Below are positions 8,874 through 18,736 of a stretch of 64,000 nt of DNA, one piece after another. The stretch covers positions 1,048,007-1,112,006 of the forward strand of contig JACROE010000002.1 of the NCBI GenBank assembly GCA_016214565.1, read 5' to 3'. The notes beneath the pieces were generated by a model. That model did no database searches, was not told where the DNA came from, and worked only from the letters and a program-made list of their open reading frames with translations. This stretch comes from Candidatus Kerfeldbacteria bacterium. GTDB lineage: Bacteria; Patescibacteriota; Patescibacteriia; UBA10025; JAHIVO01. The translations under genes were made by a program, and so were the position numbers. Each line of letters opens with the position of its first letter. Positions within the stretch are counted from its first letter, which is position 1.

Positions 8874-9925
8874 TTAATAAGCAGTGAGGCAATGGTACTA
8901 TCAGCGTCGGGTTTCATCATCTTCCCCATGGATGAGCTTAATTGCTCGCGACGGACTACATCAGTTGCCAATACGTTCAGTGTATTCATAAATCTTCCTG
9001 GTGACAAATCCTTTTGTAAAATAACCTCAGCGGCGTTCTTTTCAGCAAAATATAAAGCATTTTCTTCCTGATGTGAATCAGGAAGCGGTACGAGCAATGT
9101 TACTGCGGATACAGTCGAAAGTTCGCTCAAAGTAGAAAGGCCGGCTCGAGACACCACTACCTGTGCCGCCGCCATATAGTCAGCAATACCATCTGAAATA
9201 AATTCAAACTGCCGATAGTGCGCGTGATCGATGCCAGCCACACGCTTTCCGACACCAGTACAATGAATTATTTGATACTGTTCGATTAATTTAGGCAGTG
9301 ATTGTTGGACAATTGAATTAAGTCCAGTTGAGCCCGTCCCACCACCTAGGATTAAAATAATTGGAATGTTTTGATCAAAGTTCAATCCAGTGAATGCACG
9401 TTGTGGGTTCGGCTGGGTAAATATGTGACGAACAGGGTTTCCCGTCCATTCTGTTTTATGTGCGGGGAAACGCGCTAATGATTTTTCAAATGAAACGGTA
9501 ATTCGCTTGGCTACATTAAGCATCAAAATATTTGACAACGATGGGCGCACATCTTGCTGATGAATATAAATACGTGCCCCACACACCCAGCCCGCCCACA
9601 TGACCGGCACTTGGACGTATCCGCCCGAACCAATAATAACATCCGGACGCATGCGTAAAAAAATTCCGATTGACTGGAAAAACCCCAGCACAATTAAAAA
9701 TATATCAACTACATTTTTCAATGAAAAGTAACGTCTAAATTTTCCACAAAAAACTCGACGCGAGGATATGGCCTCTCCCTCAAATAGCTCAAATTCAATA
9801 GTTCCGTCGCGAGGTCCAATAAAATAAAGCTCCACATCAGGCCTGATGGCTTTCACCTTTTTTGCAACTGACAACAATGGCATAATCGACCCACCCGTGC
9901 CACCGCCAGTAAAAACGATCTTCAT
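8870..9925 (-). CDS. murG: undecaprenyldiphospho-muramoylpentapeptide beta-N-acetylglucosaminyltransferase MurG
   Basis: N-terminal MKIVFTGGGTGGS G-loop, a GT28 fold and a length of 351 aa. Confidence 0.9.
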   Translation of the reverse strand: MKIVFTGGGTGGSIMPLLSVAKKVKAIRPDVELYFIGPRDGTIEFELFEGEAISSRRVFCGKFRRYFSLKNVVDIFLIVLGFFQSIGIFLRMRPDVIIGSGGYVQVPVMWAGWVCGARIYIHQQDVRPSLSNILMLNVAKRITVSFEKSLARFPAHKTEWTGNPVRHIFTQPNPQRAFTGLNFDQNIPIILILGGGTGSTGLNSIVQQSLPKLIEQYQIIHCTGVGKRVAGIDHAHYRQFEFISDGIADYMAAAQVVVSRAGLSTLSELSTVSAVTLLVPLPDSHQEENALYFAEKNAAEVILQKDLSPGRFMNTLNVLATDVVRREQLSSSMGKMMKPDADSTIASLLIN

Positions 9926-11025
9926 GCTTTTGTCTGTTTAGAAATGTTAATCAAAATACCTATGGCAACTAAAGAGGTAACCAATGCTGAACTCCCATAA
10001 CTGATAAAAGGTAATGGAATACCGGTCAGCGGCACCAGCGTAACCATTGCTGCAATATTGATAAAAGCTTGCATGACGATCCAAATAACAATTCCCGTGG
10101 CTACTAATTTGCCAAATGTGTCGGGCGCTTTTTTCGCAATAAGTAGGCCGCGCTTCATAAACCAAATAAATAGCAAAATGAGTGCAACGGACATAAAAAG
10201 CCCCATTTCTTCAGCAACAATCGCAAAAATTGAATCCCCGGTTACCTCAGGTAAATACAGATATTTCTGGCGGGAATGACCGAGCCCAAGGCCGAACAAG
10301 CCGCCACTTCCGATCGCCAGCAACGCCTGATTGATATGATAGCCTATCCCCTGCGGATCAAGTGCTGGATTTAAAAAAACTGTAAATCGAGCAGCCCGAT
10401 ATGGCGCAAGCTTAATCAATACAAAAAACAACGAAACTGCGCTGGCAACAAGAATTGCCAAATGCTTGAGCGGAGCTCCGGCTACATAAAATATTAAAAA
10501 TCCAATCAATGCAATGGTAACCATTGTTCCCATGTCTGGCTGCAGCATGATCAGAAATACGACGCTGCCCGCAATAATAATAAAGGGAATCAAACCATAA
10601 CCAGCCTCTTTAATCCCCTCTTTATTTTTCTCAAAGAGAGTTGCCAAATACAAGATAAAAGCTAATTTCAGCATTTCGCTCGGCTGAAATATAATGGGCC
10701 CAAGCTGGATCCACCGTCTGGCTCCGCCATACTCAAAACCAATACCGGGAATAAGCACGCCTAGCAATAAAATTACCGTTACCGCCATGAGTGGAAAAGC
10801 GAACTTCCGCCACACGTGATAATCAATTTTTGCCATAACAATCAAACCAACCGTGCCGATCAGCACACCGTACAGTAACTGATGCTTGAGTAAATAATTA
10901 CTATCGCCAAACTTTTCGAATGACAGCACTGAGCTCGCTGAAGCAAGCATAACCAGCCCATACAGGACAATCACTCCTACTATGGCAATAATTCGATAAT
11001 CTGGTTTATGTGTGGATACGGACAT
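9922..11025 (-). CDS. ftsW: peptidoglycan glycosyltransferase FtsW/RodA (SEDS family)
   Basis: 367 aa with ~10 TM helices, SEDS-like, and positioned between murD and murG as in the conserved dcw order. Confidence 0.85.
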   Translation of the reverse strand: MSVSTHKPDYRIIAIVGVIVLYGLVMLASASSVLSFEKFGDSNYLLKHQLLYGVLIGTVGLIVMAKIDYHVWRKFAFPLMAVTVILLLGVLIPGIGFEYGGARRWIQLGPIIFQPSEMLKLAFILYLATLFEKNKEGIKEAGYGLIPFIIIAGSVVFLIMLQPDMGTMVTIALIGFLIFYVAGAPLKHLAILVASAVSLFFVLIKLAPYRAARFTVFLNPALDPQGIGYHINQALLAIGSGGLFGLGLGHSRQKYLYLPEVTGDSIFAIVAEEMGLFMSVALILLFIWFMKRGLLIAKKAPDTFGKLVATGIVIWIVMQAFINIAAMVTLVPLTGIPLPFISYGSSALVTSLVAIGILINISKQTKA

Positions 11026-11028
11026 ACG

Positions 11029-13170
11029 TTAACGAATTGATAAAACAAATTTGCTAAATTGATCGCCGCGATCAAATTCATTTTGAAACATACCGAAACT
11101 TGCCGCGCCTGGTGATAGTACAACTGGGTATCGACCCACGGATTTTTCCTGTGCAACTTGAATAGCTGCTTGCATCGAATGAACGGTCGTACATTGATAA
11201 TATTTTTTCTTTCGTAGTAACTGGTTAATTTTGTCTGAAGCGGAACCAGACAACAATATGCACCAAACTGCGTGCTGGCGTATTGTTTTCACAAACTCAT
11301 TAAAATCCAATCGCTTATCAGCGCCACCGGCGATCAGTACAACTTTCGAGTTGATTGATTTCAGTGTGGCTATAGCAGCGTCTGGAATAGTCGCGGTCGT
11401 ATCATTGATATACGCTACACCCTGTATTTCGCGAATGACCTCCATCCGGCCTGACAAACCGTGAAACGCAATAACCGCTTTTCGAATAATGGTATGTGAC
11501 ACACCAGAAATTCGCGCAGCCGCTATGGCCGCCAGAATATTTGATACATTATGAGCACCACGAAGTCCACAATCAGATAACCGCATAACTTCAGACAAAA
11601 CACCATTAATGCGCACAAATATGGCTCTTTTATGAACAAATACGGCGTGCTGCTCGTTAATTGATTTACGAGAAAACCACATGCGCTTGCCAGGCACTTC
11701 TCTTCCCCACATCCGAGTCGTGGGATCATCATAGTTCAAGATCGTCCAATCGTCCTGGCTTTGAAATCTAAAAATATTCTTTTTCGCATTATGGTAGCCG
11801 ATGACCGTTTTATGACGATTCAGATGATCATGCAGAATATTAGTTACTACGGCAATCGGTGGGCTGTGCCGTGCCTGCGCGCTATCCTCGAGCTGAAAAG
11901 AAGACAGCTCCAGTACCGCGGTACGACTACTAATTGTTTTTGAAAGCAAATCAAACGGTGAAATACGAATATTACCCCCAAGCAACGGTCGTTTCTTCGC
12001 GTGCTTAAGTATTTCATAAATCAATTGCGTCACTGTGGACTTGCCCTTCGTCCCAGTCACCCCAATGATTGGCGACTTACTCAAACGATAGAAAATACTT
12101 AATTCATTTTCGACGGGCACTTGTGCTTGATGAGCCGCTTTAATGTAAGGTGAATAATTTGGCACGCCAGGATTTTGGATTACTAAGTCAGTATGAGTAA
12201 AATCCCTCATTTGATGCTTGCCAAGCACGTACGTAATATTTTTCTTTGGTAACCGTTTGATTGATGCGGCTAGAATTTTGCGCGATCGTAAGTCAGTTAC
12301 GATAACGTGTGCACCACGCTTATGCGCCCAACGCGCCGCTGCTATTCCACCGCCGTGCAATCCTAATCCCATCACTGTTACCCGCTTTCCTTTCAGCCTT
12401 AGATCAGGGCCGATCCATTTATAAATAATGTCTTTTATTAAAGTTAATTGTTTTTTCTCACGAAATGTGTGCGGTGCATCTGGTATGAGGACAAACTTTT
12501 TTTGGCAGGTAAGGCGTTGATAGAGTTTAAAAACATGTTCTGCAGGAGTACTGTCATCTTTTTCTCCGACAATCAATAAAGTCGGCATAATTAAACGCTT
12601 TGCCTGAGGCAACACATCATATCGTAAACGATCTTCCATATGAGACCATTTTAATCGTTTGATTAACCCAGGTTTGCTTTTGCTGTATTTGATAAGCCAG
12701 CCTGTTCTTTCCCATTGAACATATTCCCTCTTCTTTTCAACGCGTGAGATACTCAGCTTGCCTGATACTACAGGAGATATGGGTATCAGTGATGCTACCT
12801 GCTCAGGATATCGTTGAGCATATAAAATTGAACAGATACCGCCAAGCGAGTGCCCGGTCAGCCAGAATGGCTGCTGAAACCAAGGCTGCGTCCGTGCCCA
12901 CTTAATAACATCTTCTAAATCTTGGTAATAATTAGTGACCGTCGCATTTTCATACGCCCCTCCGCTTTCACCCACACTATTTGTTGTATCAAAACGAACG
13001 ACCGTAAAATTTCGTTCATAAAATGTTTTCGCTACCAGCTCAATATGCTTTTGCTCTTTAAAACCACCCAATCCGTGCATAACAAAAACCAACCCACGGG
13101 CTCGAGGGTTGATCTGGATGAGCGTAACTAGGCGCAAACCATGCCGATTACGAATAATTTTCTTTACCAT
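11029..13170 (-). CDS. murD: fusion protein: N-terminal alpha/beta-hydrolase domain + UDP-N-acetylmuramoylalanine--D-glutamate ligase MurD
   Basis: 713 aa in one continuous ORF. Residues 1-250 carry the HGLGGF oxyanion motif and the GHSLGG nucleophile elbow. The rest is MurD: LKGKRVTVMGLGLHGGGIAAARW Rossmann N-terminus and the GVTGTKGKSTVT P-loop. No stop or alternative start lies at the junction. Confidence 0.8.
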   Translation of the reverse strand: MVKKIIRNRHGLRLVTLIQINPRARGLVFVMHGLGGFKEQKHIELVAKTFYERNFTVVRFDTTNSVGESGGAYENATVTNYYQDLEDVIKWARTQPWFQQPFWLTGHSLGGICSILYAQRYPEQVASLIPISPVVSGKLSISRVEKKREYVQWERTGWLIKYSKSKPGLIKRLKWSHMEDRLRYDVLPQAKRLIMPTLLIVGEKDDSTPAEHVFKLYQRLTCQKKFVLIPDAPHTFREKKQLTLIKDIIYKWIGPDLRLKGKRVTVMGLGLHGGGIAAARWAHKRGAHVIVTDLRSRKILAASIKRLPKKNITYVLGKHQMRDFTHTDLVIQNPGVPNYSPYIKAAHQAQVPVENELSIFYRLSKSPIIGVTGTKGKSTVTQLIYEILKHAKKRPLLGGNIRISPFDLLSKTISSRTAVLELSSFQLEDSAQARHSPPIAVVTNILHDHLNRHKTVIGYHNAKKNIFRFQSQDDWTILNYDDPTTRMWGREVPGKRMWFSRKSINEQHAVFVHKRAIFVRINGVLSEVMRLSDCGLRGAHNVSNILAAIAAARISGVSHTIIRKAVIAFHGLSGRMEVIREIQGVAYINDTTATIPDAAIATLKSINSKVVLIAGGADKRLDFNEFVKTIRQHAVWCILLSGSASDKINQLLRKKKYYQCTTVHSMQAAIQVAQEKSVGRYPVVLSPGAASFGMFQNEFDRGDQFSKFVLSIR

Positions 13171-13234
13171 ACGTAGGCACTACTATACCACAAAAGCTCA
13201 CTTTTTTGAAGTGAGATGTGCGAATGCTACCTGA

Positions 13235-13702
13235 CTATTTCCTTAATTTTGATGGTAGCTCAATAAAAACAGATAGCGGTATTACTTGTTTTCGGCGGTA
13301 TCGTTCAATAGCCGCCAAAACATTGTTACTGCGGATTTTACCTTGCTTCGCCAATGCTTTAATTTCATCGTATGAAAACCATTGTATTGCTGGATGTTCA
13401 GATGTAATTCGCAACCTCCCGCCAATAATTTTAGAAACTACCACAGGAGCTATCAGAGTATTGCCCCGCTGAGTAAGCCGCACCTGATAGATGCCAATTA
13501 ACTTGGTTGGTTTAACTCGAAAACCAGTTTCTTCAAACGCCTCCCGGGTGGCACATTCTACGATCGTTTCTCCTAGTTCCATATTACCAGCTGGAAAGTT
13601 ATATTGACCACGAACAAAGTATTTTGATTCCTGAACGAGCAAAAACTTACCGCCACGGCTTATCAGATTACATACTGCAATAAATACTCCGCGTCTTCGC
13701 AT
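13235..13702 (-). CDS. NUDIX hydrolase
   Basis: 155 aa. Nudix box G-x5-E-x7-REAFEETG (GNMELGETIVECATREAFEETGF). Inserted between mraY and murD. Confidence 0.8.
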   Translation of the reverse strand: MRRRGVFIAVCNLISRGGKFLLVQESKYFVRGQYNFPAGNMELGETIVECATREAFEETGFRVKPTKLIGIYQVRLTQRGNTLIAPVVVSKIIGGRLRITSEHPAIQWFSYDEIKALAKQGKIRSNNVLAAIERYRRKQVIPLSVFIELPSKLRK

Positions 13703-14751
13703 TATCGATCAACTAAAAATATTATTACGCCCAATACAGCAGTCACTGCCGCGATTATCCAAAATCGCATAACAATTTTTGGTTCTGGCCAACCCCGAGC
13801 TTCAAGATGATGGTGTAATGGCGACGAAATAAAAACTTTTTTATGAATTGTCTTACGCGCGATAATTTGAATAATAACGGAGCCAGAAACCAAAACAAAC
13901 ATAAACCCAATAATGGGAAGTAACAAAGCGGCATTTGTCAACATGGCAACGATGCCAAGCGTAACCCCAAGGGACATCGCACCCGTGTCACCCATAAAGA
14001 AACGTGCCGGATTGATGTTAAACCATAAAAAAGCAAGCAGTGAACCAATAATCACTCCACAGAAAGCGGCTAAATCCATCCTGCCTTGAGCAAACGCAAT
14101 TGCGCCAAAAGCACCGAACGCAGCTAAGAGCGTCCCGCCCGCCAAACCATCCAGACCATCAATTTCATTCACGGAAAAAGCGGTTGCTACGATAATAAAT
14201 AAAAAAATGGGGACATACCATATACCGATATCATAATTCCCCACAAATGGAACGTGGATGGTCGTCCAGTCGAGCCGATAATAAAACCACCAGGCACCAA
14301 CCACAGCAATAAGGGTGTAAAGTAGTAATTTATGCCTGACGCGAAGCCCTCCACTATGGGCGCCAACTCCTTTAATATTAAATATGTCATCAATAAATCC
14401 AATGATGGCAGAAGCAACGAGGGCGGCAAGCGGTAGCCAAGTTTGCGATCGATTAAGAAAATTGAGCTTATCAATAAATGGATTATCAACCATGTTTGCC
14501 AGGACAAAGAAAAAAATTGCCAGCACCGCCGTGGTTACCCAGATCAGCAACCCCCCCATGGTGGGAGTGCCAGCTTTTCCCTGATGTAATTTACTATAAA
14601 TTGGAGTTTCGCCTGTTTCACGGATCGTTTTCCCCATTTTAAACTTATACAAGTAATGGGTTAAAAGCGGGGTCCACGCAAGCGTCACCACAAAAGCGAT
14701 CGTGGTAAGCAAAAAAACTTTAATAATATCAATATTTTCGGGCAATTCCAT
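13702..14751 (-). CDS. mraY: phospho-N-acetylmuramoyl-pentapeptide transferase MraY
   Basis: 349 aa polytopic membrane protein, MraY/WecA family, in dcw context. Confidence 0.85.
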   Translation of the reverse strand: MELPENIDIIKVFLLTTIAFVVTLAWTPLLTHYLYKFKMGKTIRETGETPIYSKLHQGKAGTPTMGGLLIWVTTAVLAIFFFVLANMVDNPFIDKLNFLNRSQTWLPLAALVASAIIGFIDDIFNIKGVGAHSGGLRVRHKLLLYTLIAVVGAWWFYYRLDWTTIHVPFVGNYDIGIWYVPIFLFIIVATAFSVNEIDGLDGLAGGTLLAAFGAFGAIAFAQGRMDLAAFCGVIIGSLLAFLWFNINPARFFMGDTGAMSLGVTLGIVAMLTNAALLLPIIGFMFVLVSGSVIIQIIARKTIHKKVFISSPLHHHLEARGWPEPKIVMRFWIIAAVTAVLGVIIFLVDR

Positions 14752-14759
14752 AGTTATTA

Positions 14760-15161
14760 CTATAACGTGTTCTGACGCATAATCAAGTAACTGGCAACAA
14801 CTAACAGAACCTGACAGGCAAGAGAAAAACTAAGTTGTAATCGAGACAAAATAAAAGACTTTTTATGAAGCTGCCGGGCAAAAATTATATTAAGTATCAT
14901 GATGCCAGTACCTATTGCCGGCATCAAAAAAATTCTGTACCATTGGCCAACAAGGTCTACCCCAAAGTAAATGTTATAATGTAAGTACATAACCTCTTCA
15001 TACGGGCTGACGACCAATGCCAGGTATATCCACTGACCAACATTAAATGCCAATCCGGCTGCAATAAGCAGAACCGAAACCCGATCGCGAGAAAGAAATG
15101 GGTCGCGCCGTGAAACTAATCGCTTGAGTAGTGAAACAATATGCATTATCGTAAAATTCAA
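14760..15161 (-). CDS. membrane protein, hypothetical
   Basis: 133 aa with 3-4 TM helices. Its start region overlaps the divergent GT39 gene start. The real start may be Met6 at 15146. Confidence 0.4.
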   Translation of the reverse strand: MNFTIMHIVSLLKRLVSRRDPFLSRDRVSVLLIAAGLAFNVGQWIYLALVVSPYEEVMYLHYNIYFGVDLVGQWYRIFLMPAIGTGIMILNIIFARQLHKKSFILSRLQLSFSLACQVLLVVASYLIMRQNTL

Positions 15162-16925
15162 ATACTTGCAGTTATACTATTGCTAGGCGGAATGCTCGCA
15201 CTAGAGATATCATCTATTCGTTTAGAAACACAGACAACAGATGAAGGGGCGCATTTAGCAGCAGGCTACAGTTACTTAGCAACGGGCGATTTCCGTCTCA
15301 ATCGAGAGCACCCGCCGTTGATCAAGGAGTTAGCAGCGCTACCGCTGTATCTGATACATCATTCTCTAAATCAGCCATTTAATTCACAAGCTTGGAGAGC
15401 GTCAGATCAATGGCTATTTGCGAAAAACTTTTTATATTATAATCGAATTTCTGCTGATACGCTATTTTTCCTCGGGCGCCTACCGATCATGTGCCTGAGT
15501 CTACTGCTTGGCTGGTGGATATTCCGTTGGACCAAAGAAATGTTCGGCACGCCAAGCGCTTTTATTGCGCTTATATTTTACGTACTTGACCCTACTATTA
15601 TTGCGCATAGTCGGTATGTTACGACCGATCTGGCCTTGACGCTCTGCTTCTATATCACCATATATTATTTCTATAAATACCTCAAGTTTGGCCAAGTGCG
15701 CTGGTTAATTGGTTTTTGGGTGGTTTTTGGCATTGCCCAAGCGAGCAAGTATTCTGCAATTTTTCTTATTCCAATTATCCTAATCATGTATTTTTTGAGT
15801 TTATGGCGATCGCATGAACTAAGGGTACAGCAAACAGTGAAGAACTTTTTTCTGCTATTCGGCGGCATGGCGGCCGTGACCATAATGATACTCTCGGTAG
15901 TATACGGTTTTCAGGCACCAAAATTGATTGATGACATTTCTGTTCAAAAACTTCTTAATAAGCGCGAAGTTTTGATTGTTACTGATCAAGTAAAAAACCA
16001 GGACGTTTTAATCCAAAAAATTATTTCTCTAGCTGATCCTGCTTCTAAAAGCGGGAAAATAGTTTCTTCATTGATGCAATCAGTACCCATTCCATTTCTC
16101 CCGTATTTTGACGGATTGATCCAGGTGTACTTCCATGATTACTTTGGCCACACTTCCTACCTAATGGGAAACCATGCTGAATTTGGCTGGTGGTATTACT
16201 TTCCAGTTGCAGTCGCAATCAAAACACCAGCTATTACCTTGGTGGGACTAGCTGCGGTCATTTTATTCGGAGTGTATCGAGCTGTCCAAACGCTCAAAAC
16301 AACACGTTCTATAAAAAAAATGTTTGCACGCGTTCCTATTCATTTCTATTTTTTAATTCTACCACCGTCGATATTTTTTCTGATTAGTATGAATGGTAGT
16401 TTAAATCTCGGAATACGGCACGTACTTGTCATTTATCCATTTATTTTTAGTATTTTAGGGTGGGCTATTTACCGATTTTGGACAAACACTGGCTGGTTTC
16501 CGCGATTATTAATTATTATTGGCATGAGTTTGTACATACTTTCTTCAATAACAATTTTCCCCAACTACTTATCATATTTTAACGAATTTATTGGCGGGTC
16601 AAAAAATGGATATCGATATCTTGTCGATTCAAACAACGATTGGGGTCAGGATGTTAAAAAACTAAAAACATATTTACGGAAACATAATATACCATATGTT
16701 TGCATGGCATACTTCGGGCAAACAGAGTTAAATTATTACGGCATTGATTATCGGTATTTGCCGGATAATCAACATTTTACTTCAACAGACAACCTTAACT
16801 GCGTCGTCGCAATTAGCATCACCGCACTGTACTCAAAGGAAGGCGAATACGCTTGGTTGCAAAAATATTCACCAAATACGACGATTGGATACTCAATTCA
16901 TTTGTATGACTTTCGAAAACCCTAG
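15141..16925 (+). CDS. GT-C fold glycosyltransferase, GT39/GT83 (PMT_2/ArnT-like) family
   Basis: 594 aa with >10 TM helices. A DE motif lies in the first extracytoplasmic loop (TDEGAHLAAGYSYL), typical of polyprenyl-phosphate-sugar dependent GT-C enzymes (PMT/ArnT). Confidence 0.7.
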   Translation: MHYRKIQILAVILLLGGMLALEISSIRLETQTTDEGAHLAAGYSYLATGDFRLNREHPPLIKELAALPLYLIHHSLNQPFNSQAWRASDQWLFAKNFLYYNRISADTLFFLGRLPIMCLSLLLGWWIFRWTKEMFGTPSAFIALIFYVLDPTIIAHSRYVTTDLALTLCFYITIYYFYKYLKFGQVRWLIGFWVVFGIAQASKYSAIFLIPIILIMYFLSLWRSHELRVQQTVKNFFLLFGGMAAVTIMILSVVYGFQAPKLIDDISVQKLLNKREVLIVTDQVKNQDVLIQKIISLADPASKSGKIVSSLMQSVPIPFLPYFDGLIQVYFHDYFGHTSYLMGNHAEFGWWYYFPVAVAIKTPAITLVGLAAVILFGVYRAVQTLKTTRSIKKMFARVPIHFYFLILPPSIFFLISMNGSLNLGIRHVLVIYPFIFSILGWAIYRFWTNTGWFPRLLIIIGMSLYILSSITIFPNYLSYFNEFIGGSKNGYRYLVDSNNDWGQDVKKLKTYLRKHNIPYVCMAYFGQTELNYYGIDYRYLPDNQHFTSTDNLNCVVAISITALYSKEGEYAWLQKYSPNTTIGYSIHLYDFRKP

Positions 16926-16939
16926 ATAAATGGGGTACT

Positions 16940-16968
16940 TTGACGAAAGTGAGTTTTTCTGCTATATT
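16940..16968 (+). promoter_or_regulatory. sigma70-like promoter of pilus operon
   Basis: TTGACG (16940-45), a 17-nt spacer, then TGcTATATT as an extended -10 (16963-68). GGAGG sits at 16981-85, 15 nt before the pilB ATG. Confidence 0.5.
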
Positions 16969-17000
16969 ATACGAGCGAACGGAGGTAAAATTCGCTCAAA

Positions 17001-18728
17001 ATGATATCAAACGAAGAAATTAAAAAGATACTCGCAACGTCGAACGTGATCCCCGAGGATCAGTTAAAACAGGCTTTGCAAAAAAATGCTACAGAGGGCG
17101 GCGGGATCATCGAGTATCTGATTAGTAAAAACATCGTTTCGGAAAACGTTTTATACGAAGCGATTGGAAATTATTATAAAATCCCTTTTATTGACCTGCG
17201 GCGGTTATCCATCCGGAAGGATATCTTGACATTGATTCCGGAGACAATTGTTCAAACGTACCAAATAGTCGCTTTTGATCAATCTGAAACAGAACTCAAA
17301 GTTGGTACTACCGACCCAAAAAATTTACAAATAATTGAATTTCTCAAAAAAAAGACAGGTCTTCGCATCAAGGTACACGTCACCACCCCCTCAAGCATCA
17401 AAGAAGTGGCCACTCAATTCCACAAAGGCCTTTCATCAGAGTTCAAAAACATTACCAAAGGGGACGTCGCCCTAAAAGAAGGTGAAGAAAATTTACAACA
17501 ACTTGCACAAGACCTTCCTATTGTCCGAATTGTTGATACGCTGCTTGAGTATGCAATATTTGAAGGCGCGTCAGATATTCATATCGAACCAACCGATAAG
17601 GACATCATGGTTCGATATAGAGTTGATGGTGTGCTTCGTGAAGCGATGCGATTACCAAAAAATTTACAACCCGGTGTTACCGCTCGTATAAAAATATTAT
17701 CAAACCTCAAAATTGATGAACACCGCCTTCCTCAAGACGGTCGATTTAAGATCGCCACGTCCGAATATAAAATATCATTTCGCGTTTCTATTATACCTGT
17801 CTTTGATGGCGAAAAAATCGTCATGCGTTTACTCAATGAATCGTCAAAATCACTTTCACTTGAGCAGATCGGCTTTCAGCTTAAGGCGCTGGAAATTGTT
17901 CAGGCCAATGTGCTAAAACCGCAAGGAATGCTCCTCGTCACCGGGCCAACCGGAAGCGGTAAAACGACAACGCTGTACACATTAATGTCACTGCTCAATC
18001 GACCAGAAGTAAACATTTCGACAATTGAAGATCCCGTCGAATACCGGATGCCTCGGATAAATCAAAGTCAAGTTAACCCAAAAATTGGATTTACCTTTGC
18101 TGCTGGATTGCGTTCACTCTTACGACAAGATCCGAATATTATTATGGTCGGAGAAATTCGCGACAACGAAACTGCGCAAATTGCAACTCATGCGGCGCTA
18201 ACCGGACACTTAGTACTTTCTACTTTGCACACGAACGATGCTGTTACGACACTCCCCCGTCTCGAAGAAATGGACGTTCCACGGTTTTTAATTGCTTCTA
18301 CAACCAACGTTGTTATTGCACAGCGACTTGTGAGAAAAATTTGCTCAGGGTGCATCCAAAGTTACACACTTTCAAAAAAGGCTATCTTGGATTTAGAAAA
18401 AAAGTTCGATTTAAAGGCTATTTTGAAAGTTTTGGAAACTCAGGGAATTATTCAGTCTGCTGAAGTTCCAATAGAATCCCTCCTTTTTTATAAAGGCAAG
18501 GGTTGCAAACAGTGTGGTAATAGCGGATATAAAGGACGCGTTGGAATTTTTGAGGTTTTAGAAATTACCAAAAAAATTGCTAAAATGATCGTTGATCATG
18601 AACCGGTTCCGGTTATTTTAAAAGCGTCGATTGATGATGGCATGTTAACTATGATGCAAGATGGATTTATAAAAGCAAAAAATGGAGTTACCTCGATTGA
18701 AGAAATATTAAGAGCCACCCAAGAATAA
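17001..18728 (+). CDS. pilB: type IV pilus assembly ATPase PilB (GspE family)
   Basis: 575 aa. It has an N-terminal GspE_N (T2SSE_N) domain, a Walker A GPTGSGKTT, Asp/His boxes, and a tetracysteine motif (CSGC...CKQCGNSGYKGR). Confidence 0.9.
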   Translation: MISNEEIKKILATSNVIPEDQLKQALQKNATEGGGIIEYLISKNIVSENVLYEAIGNYYKIPFIDLRRLSIRKDILTLIPETIVQTYQIVAFDQSETELKVGTTDPKNLQIIEFLKKKTGLRIKVHVTTPSSIKEVATQFHKGLSSEFKNITKGDVALKEGEENLQQLAQDLPIVRIVDTLLEYAIFEGASDIHIEPTDKDIMVRYRVDGVLREAMRLPKNLQPGVTARIKILSNLKIDEHRLPQDGRFKIATSEYKISFRVSIIPVFDGEKIVMRLLNESSKSLSLEQIGFQLKALEIVQANVLKPQGMLLVTGPTGSGKTTTLYTLMSLLNRPEVNISTIEDPVEYRMPRINQSQVNPKIGFTFAAGLRSLLRQDPNIIMVGEIRDNETAQIATHAALTGHLVLSTLHTNDAVTTLPRLEEMDVPRFLIASTTNVVIAQRLVRKICSGCIQSYTLSKKAILDLEKKFDLKAILKVLETQGIIQSAEVPIESLLFYKGKGCKQCGNSGYKGRVGIFEVLEITKKIAKMIVDHEPVPVILKASIDDGMLTMMQDGFIKAKNGVTSIEEILRATQE

Positions 18729-18736
18729 AAAATACT

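Noticed and set aside
13191-13220. Short hairpin ctcac-ttttttgaa-gtgag between NUDIX and murD
   Set aside because: Only a 5-bp stem, and the genes appear co-transcribed. Not called as a terminator.
14187-14507. 106-aa minus-strand ORF, plus 14384..14584
   Set aside because: Nested within or antisense to mraY. No independent support.
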